Shown: in pieces, positions 59,000 through 64,000 of the stretch | Layout: the number at the start of each line of letters is the position of its first letter | How positions within the stretch are numbered: position 1 is the stretch's first letter | Assembly (NCBI GenBank): GCA_002269645.1 | Contig: NIVC01002238.1 | Span: forward strand, 62,001-126,000 | Origin: Macrostomum lignano | Lineage: Eukaryota | Direction of reading: 5' to 3' | DNA: 64,000 bases | Made by a program: the position numbers and the translations under genes | The notes under the pieces: model-generated | Databases searched by the model: none | What the model saw: the letters and a program-made list of their open reading frames with translations, nothing else | Told to the model about the DNA's origin: nothing

Positions 59000-61983
59000 T
59001 CAGCTCCAGGCGTTTGTGTTGGAGCTGCTGGTGACTGTCGGAGGCCGCAGCAGAGGGTGGAGCGCCTGCGCCGCCCACAGCAGCTCTGGCGGAATGAGAG
59101 GCTGCTGATGCTGATGCTGCTGAGGATGATGAAGCTGATGATGCTGCGGATGCCACGCCGAGGCTGCGGCGGCGGCTGCGGCGGCTGCTGCCATGGTGGA
59201 GGCCGCTGCGGCTCGGTCAGCTCCGGGCTCGTGGCGCTGCTGCTTCTCCCGCTTGCGCCACTTCGCTCGCCTGTTCTGAAACCACACCTGGGGTGAGGGG
59301 GGGGGTTGTTGGTTATTGCTAACTTCTGGCATAGTGACTGGTATCTAGCAGTGTCTGGTATCTATTGTCTGGTATCTAGCAGTGTCTGGTATCTAGCAGT
59401 GTCTGGTATCTATTGTCTGGTATCTAGCAGTGTCTGGTATCTATTGTCTGGTATCTATTGTCTGGTATCTAGCAGTGTCTGGTATCTATTGTCTGGTATC
59501 TAGCAGTGTCTGGTATCTAGTGACTGGTATCTAGCAGTGCCTGGTATCTATTGTCTGGTATCTAGCAGTGTCTGGTATCTATTGTCTGGTATCTAGCAGT
59601 GTCTGGTATCTATTGTCTGGTATCTAGCAGTGTCTGGTATCTATTGTCTGGTATCTAGCGGTCTGGCATCTAGTGTCTGATGTGTGGGCATAAAGTTTGT
59701 CCGGTTGAAGATAAAAAACTAATTAGTCAACAATAGGCTTGAATTTTAATTATAAAAGTTGAGTCAAATGGTCTCAACCACAGCTAGATTTAATGAGATT
59801 GGAGCTCGGTTTAAAACGAAACCAAATCAATTTAGAATGTCTGTCGGCTCATTACGAGCCTAATTAATTGGTGAGGCTAAAACGTGCTGTGTGACGCGCA
59901 GTTTTGTCAGGTTTCAAATTAAAGGAATGAGCGTTAATTGGGGGGGGGGCCTTTTGTTTGTCTTTTTTTATTTTCTCGGGGGTAAAAAAAAATTGTTTAA
60001 AATTGATCCCCAGCTCAGCATGAATTGAGCAATTTGAATTGTGATCCACTAATTACCAGTGGCTTGAGCTCTGATTGCAGGCACTGAGAATCGCTTCACG
60101 GGGGCGCAGCTAATCTTTCTAATCGCTAATCTTTTGTTTCTAATATAAACAAATTTCAGGCATTTCGCAGAGAAGCCTTCATGCGCAGGCGAATCTTTGC
60201 CAATTAATTTCTGTCTTTTAGATATTTTTCACCAATTTAGCGAACACGCTCGAACTGGCTCGAATGGCTTTGGCCGAGCTATGCAGCCCCACCCCCATGC
60301 GTCACGAACTGCAGTGAGAATTGTGCCAAGCCAGTGAACCAGCAATGTCACTCCTAACAGACTGAGCTCAAGTCACTCGCCCGGAATCATTATTCATGGG
60401 GAGCAGGGCGGGGGTATCAATTCCTGAGCAATTTTCAGTTTAATAATCGGTTAAACTATTGAGCTACTCGGAAAGCTTTTGAACCGTAATGAAATTGGCT
60501 GTTTAACAAAGTCATTAAGCTCGAGCTCGCTGTTGAGCTGAAGAGCTTAAACTCCTTTAATTAGGCTTCTATAGTTATACGAGAACTTATGCAGGTTGAT
60601 AGATCACAGGCCAGATTAAAACTATACTCATAATATGGTGCCATTGTGCAGTTGAATGAGTTTCACAATGATATACTAATCACTTTAGCTACCGCTGGCT
60701 CCCGCTTCATTGCTTTTGGTGTCTCTTCTTGTCTTCTTGCAGCTTCCATGCCCCATCTCTCGTCTTCCATCTCAACCTCCATTTTCTGTCCTCTTTAATC
60801 TTACTCTCCTCTCTCTAGTCTTCTCACTAGTCTCCCTCCCCTCTCCCTCTCTAGTCACCCTCTCCTCTATAATCTCCTCTATAGTCGCCTCCTCCTTTCT
60901 CTAATCTCCCTCTCTTCTCTATTCTCCCTCCCATCTCTCTAGTCTCCTTCTCCTCTCTTCTCTCTAGTCTCCTTCTCCTCTCTTCTCTCTAGTCTCCTAC
61001 TCTCTTCTCTCTATTCTCCTTCTCCTCTTTATAATCTCCTTACCCTCTCTAGTCTCCCTCTCCTCTCTCTCTCTAATCTCCCTCTCCCCCCTCCTATGCA
61101 GTCTCCTTCTCCCCTCTCTAATCTCCTTCTCCCTTCTCTCTAATATCCCTCTCCTCTCTCCTTCTCTCTCTCTAGTCTCCCTCCCACTCTCTAATATCCT
61201 TCTTGTTACTTTCCTACTCCAATCGACACGTCCTCAAACAAACTCTTTCAACCAAAATTTTACTCCCTAGTTATCCACACTTCTCCCCAGCATCCCAGAT
61301 GCGACCCCAATTCTCTCACCTGAACTCTGGCCTCGCTGAGCTGCAGCCGCTGCGCCAGGTCCTCCCTAGCGAACACGTCCGGGTATTGCGTCTTCTCGAA
61401 CGCCTGCTCGAGCTGGTGCAGCTGGTAGGTGGTGAAGGTGGTCCGCGATCTGCGAATCTTCCGCGCTGCCGCCGCCGACGAAGATCGAGCGTCGTCGACT
61501 TCTTCGTTGTCGGGGCAGCAGGCGCCGCGAAGCTGCTGCCTGGAGTCATCTGCGGGGCGGAAAACAGGTCATAGGCATAGGTCTCAGAAATAGGTCATAG
61601 ACATAGGGCATGGGTCATAGGTAATAGGCATAGGTCACAGAAATAGGTCATAGACATAGGTCATAGACATAGGTCATAGACATAGGTCATAGACATAGGT
61701 CATAGACATAGGTCATAGACATAGCTCATAGACATAGGGCATAGACATAGGTCATAGACATAGGGCATAGACATAGGTCATATACATAGTTCATAGGCAT
61801 AGGGCATAGGTCATAGAGGAGGAAGTCATGAGAAGAAAAGAGATTAAATTCTGGCTTACCAAAATCCTTGCCAGAGTTGTCCAGTTTTGAGTCTGTCTCG
61901 CTACCGTTGGACTCAAAAACTGCGGCACTGCTCAGAATGCCCTCGATTGTGAAATTGGTCAAGGATTTCACTGCAGATGTCAT
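59000..61983 (-). CDS. hbn: PRD-class (Q50) homeobox protein Homeobrain (3 exons, 213 aa)
   Basis: Exons 61983-61860, 61549-61320, 59287-59000 (phases 1 and 0). eh1-like FTIEGILS; homeodomain [47 protein letters not shown]|[14 protein letters not shown] with the canonical PRD intron after residue 46; [15 protein letters not shown] is the Homeobrain signature. Confidence 0.88.
59335..59680. repeat. 14/17-bp minisatellite in hbn intron 2
   Basis: Units TCTGGTATCTATTG and TCTGGTATCTAGCAGTG. Confidence 0.93.
60770..61200. repeat. CT-rich low-complexity tract in hbn intron 2
   Basis: Degenerate pyrimidine-rich repeats. Confidence 0.85.
61568..61815. repeat. 13-bp minisatellite filling hbn intron 1
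   Basis: Unit ACATAGGTCATAG. Confidence 0.93.
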
Positions 61984-62291
61984 GATTTAATCGGAATATC
62001 TGGTACTAGATTGGTTCTTGAATAAACTAGCAAGAAATCCAGTGCACAGCGCAGATGTCTACTGTTGCAGATGGGTCGTGCTGGAGCTAATGAAGGCATC
62101 AAACAGGGTGTGGGGTGGCTGCGCTGGTAGGCCGCTTCCTATTGGCTGGCGACTGGCTGCATGGCGATAGCTTGAGTCTTTGAGTTAATTGTTGCTCAGC
62201 AAAATTGGGACGCAGGCCACGCCAACCCCACCCCGCCTGACGATGGTTCCGTCCTGGTGTTCTAATTTATCTACTCTGGCATCTGGCGCCT

Positions 62292-62778
62292 AAGCGCCAT
62301 CATCTTGGCACTCTTATAGGGCGCCATCATCTTGGCACTTTAATAGGCCCCATCATCTTGGCACTCTTATAGGGCGCCATCATCTTGGCACTCTTATAGG
62401 GCGCCATCATCTTGGCACTCTTATAGGGCGCCATCATCTTGGCACTCTTATAGGGCGCCATCATCTTGGCACTCTTATAGGGCGCCATCATCTTGGCACT
62501 CTTATAGGGCGCCATCATCTTGGCACTCTTATAGGGCGCCATCATCTTGGCACTCTTATAGGGCGCCATCATCTTGGCACTCTTATAGGGCGCCATCATC
62601 TTGGCACTCTTAAAGGGCGCCATCATCTTGGCACTTTAATAGGCCCCATCATCTTGGCACTCTTATAGGGCGCCATCATCTTGGCACTCTTATAGGGCGC
62701 CATTATCTTGGCACTCTTATAGGGCGCCATCATCTTGGCACTCTTATAGGGCGCCATTATCTTGGCACTCTTATAGGC
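62292..62778. repeat. 27-bp minisatellite upstream of hbn
   Basis: Unit GCGCCATCATCTTGGCACTCTTATAGG; explains ORF 62327-62626. Confidence 0.96.
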
Positions 62779-63594
62779 AGCCCCGGAGCTAATATCTCAA
62801 CCCGGTTCGAGGGAGGGGGTGGCCTATTAAGGTTGAACGAGCCGTGATTAAGCCTGCCAGTTTAATTGGTCCTCATCAGAGCTGGCAAACATGCCCTGGG
62901 GGACATGGTTATAGAATCCGATTATTATTAAACTAAATCGGAAATCTCGATACCCCTCGAGTCCATAGGCTGTCAAGGAGTTGCGCAATGGCTCAGTCCA
63001 GGTTGGCAACCTGCAAATCGCTTATCTCATCCAGCATTTATCTCTCTGGGACTGCTCACTGGAGCAGAGTCTCAACAATTGGGGAATTATCGGGTAGCCT
63101 AAATCGGCGGCAAATTCCATCGCAGACTCAAAAGGGATTTGTGCTGAGCAATGGCTGCTCAACAAGTTGTTTATTCGTGCTGTAATAACTCATCGATTTG
63201 ATAGAGATAATTGAAGAGGGCGATATGCATGGTGTTGCATTCTTAATGCCGATTTTCACTTTTCAAGATTAGGGACAATGGCATCACGTGCTCACTAAAC
63301 TGATCAATTATAAGCTTTTAAATCGTTTGGCTACTTGAAATTTAGCTCATACATTGCAAGTAGGAAAACACTGATAACTCACCGCACCCTGCACTCACTC
63401 TCTCTCTCTACTGTCAAAGTTCAAACTGTTATTTGTGCCGCAGCAAAGCCTTCAATAGTTTTGTATGACCCATGAGCTCTGCGACAAAATCCTCTCAATA
63501 CCGGTATGAATTAATTTTTAATTTGTGCGGGATGACAAGCGACAGGATTTCAAAAAGGCCACTCACAGAGCGAAGAATGCTGCTTGGACTTGTG

Positions 63595-64000
63595 TCTCCT
63601 CTTCTCTCTCACACTCTACTCTTACCATCTCACTCTCTTCTTTGCCCTCACCCTCTCTCCTTTCCTATTCCCCTCTCCTGTCTCTTCACTCTCCCTCTCT
63701 CATCTCCTCTCCTCTGCTTGATCTCTCCTGTCTCTTCACTCTCCCTCTCCCCCTCACTCATCTCCTCTCCTCTGCCCTCTCCTGTCTCTTCACTCTCCCT
63801 CTCTCATCTCCTCTCCTCTGCCCTCTCCTGTCTCTTTACTCTCCCTCTCTCATCTCCTCTCCTCTGCCCTCTCCTGTCTCTTCACTCTCCCTCTCTCATC
63901 TCCTCTCCTCTGCTTGATCTCTCCTTTCTCTTCACTCTCCCTCTCCCCCTCACTCATCTCCTCTCCTCTGCCCTCTCCTGTCTCTTTACTCTCCCTCTCT
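63595..64000. repeat. CT-rich minisatellite running off the window end
   Basis: Recurring CTCCTGTCTCTTCACTCTCCCTCTCTCATCTCCT-like units. Confidence 0.9.

Overview
Eukaryotic (animal) genomic DNA with GT-AG spliceosomal introns, no prokaryotic features and no CRISPR. GC-rich exons with poly-Ala/Gly runs, introns filled with minisatellites, and a boule plus homeobrain gene set resemble a free-living flatworm such as Macrostomum; this organism call is inference only. Seven protein-coding genes can be built by hand with consistent splice phases: an Ig-like surface protein (3725-5556), an intronless CCCH zinc-finger protein (9539-10948), CTP synthase (25922-31185), a GT31 beta-1,3-glycosyltransferase (34335-35732, minus), boule (39425-42678), an alpha-arrestin (48500-56080) and homeobrain (59000-61983, minus). 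Mobile DNA: a complete, young Ty3/gypsy LTR retrotransposon (15129-23757) with a CTTA TSD, tRNA-Leu PBS, -1 frameshift site and an extra ORF; a decayed mariner; three tRNA-derived SINEs; two foldback/MULE-like elements whose 9-bp TSDs both begin CAACAG; and several MITEs. About 20 tandem arrays account for most of the long low-complexity ORFs in the ORF track. The most unusual signal is four degenerate, sense-strand intronic mimics of the 28S rRNA helix 69-71 region (CTPS intron 2 and three in boule introns); two of them carry an inserted hairpin before the rRNA-like sequence resumes. All alignments were done by eye, and array boundaries are approximate.
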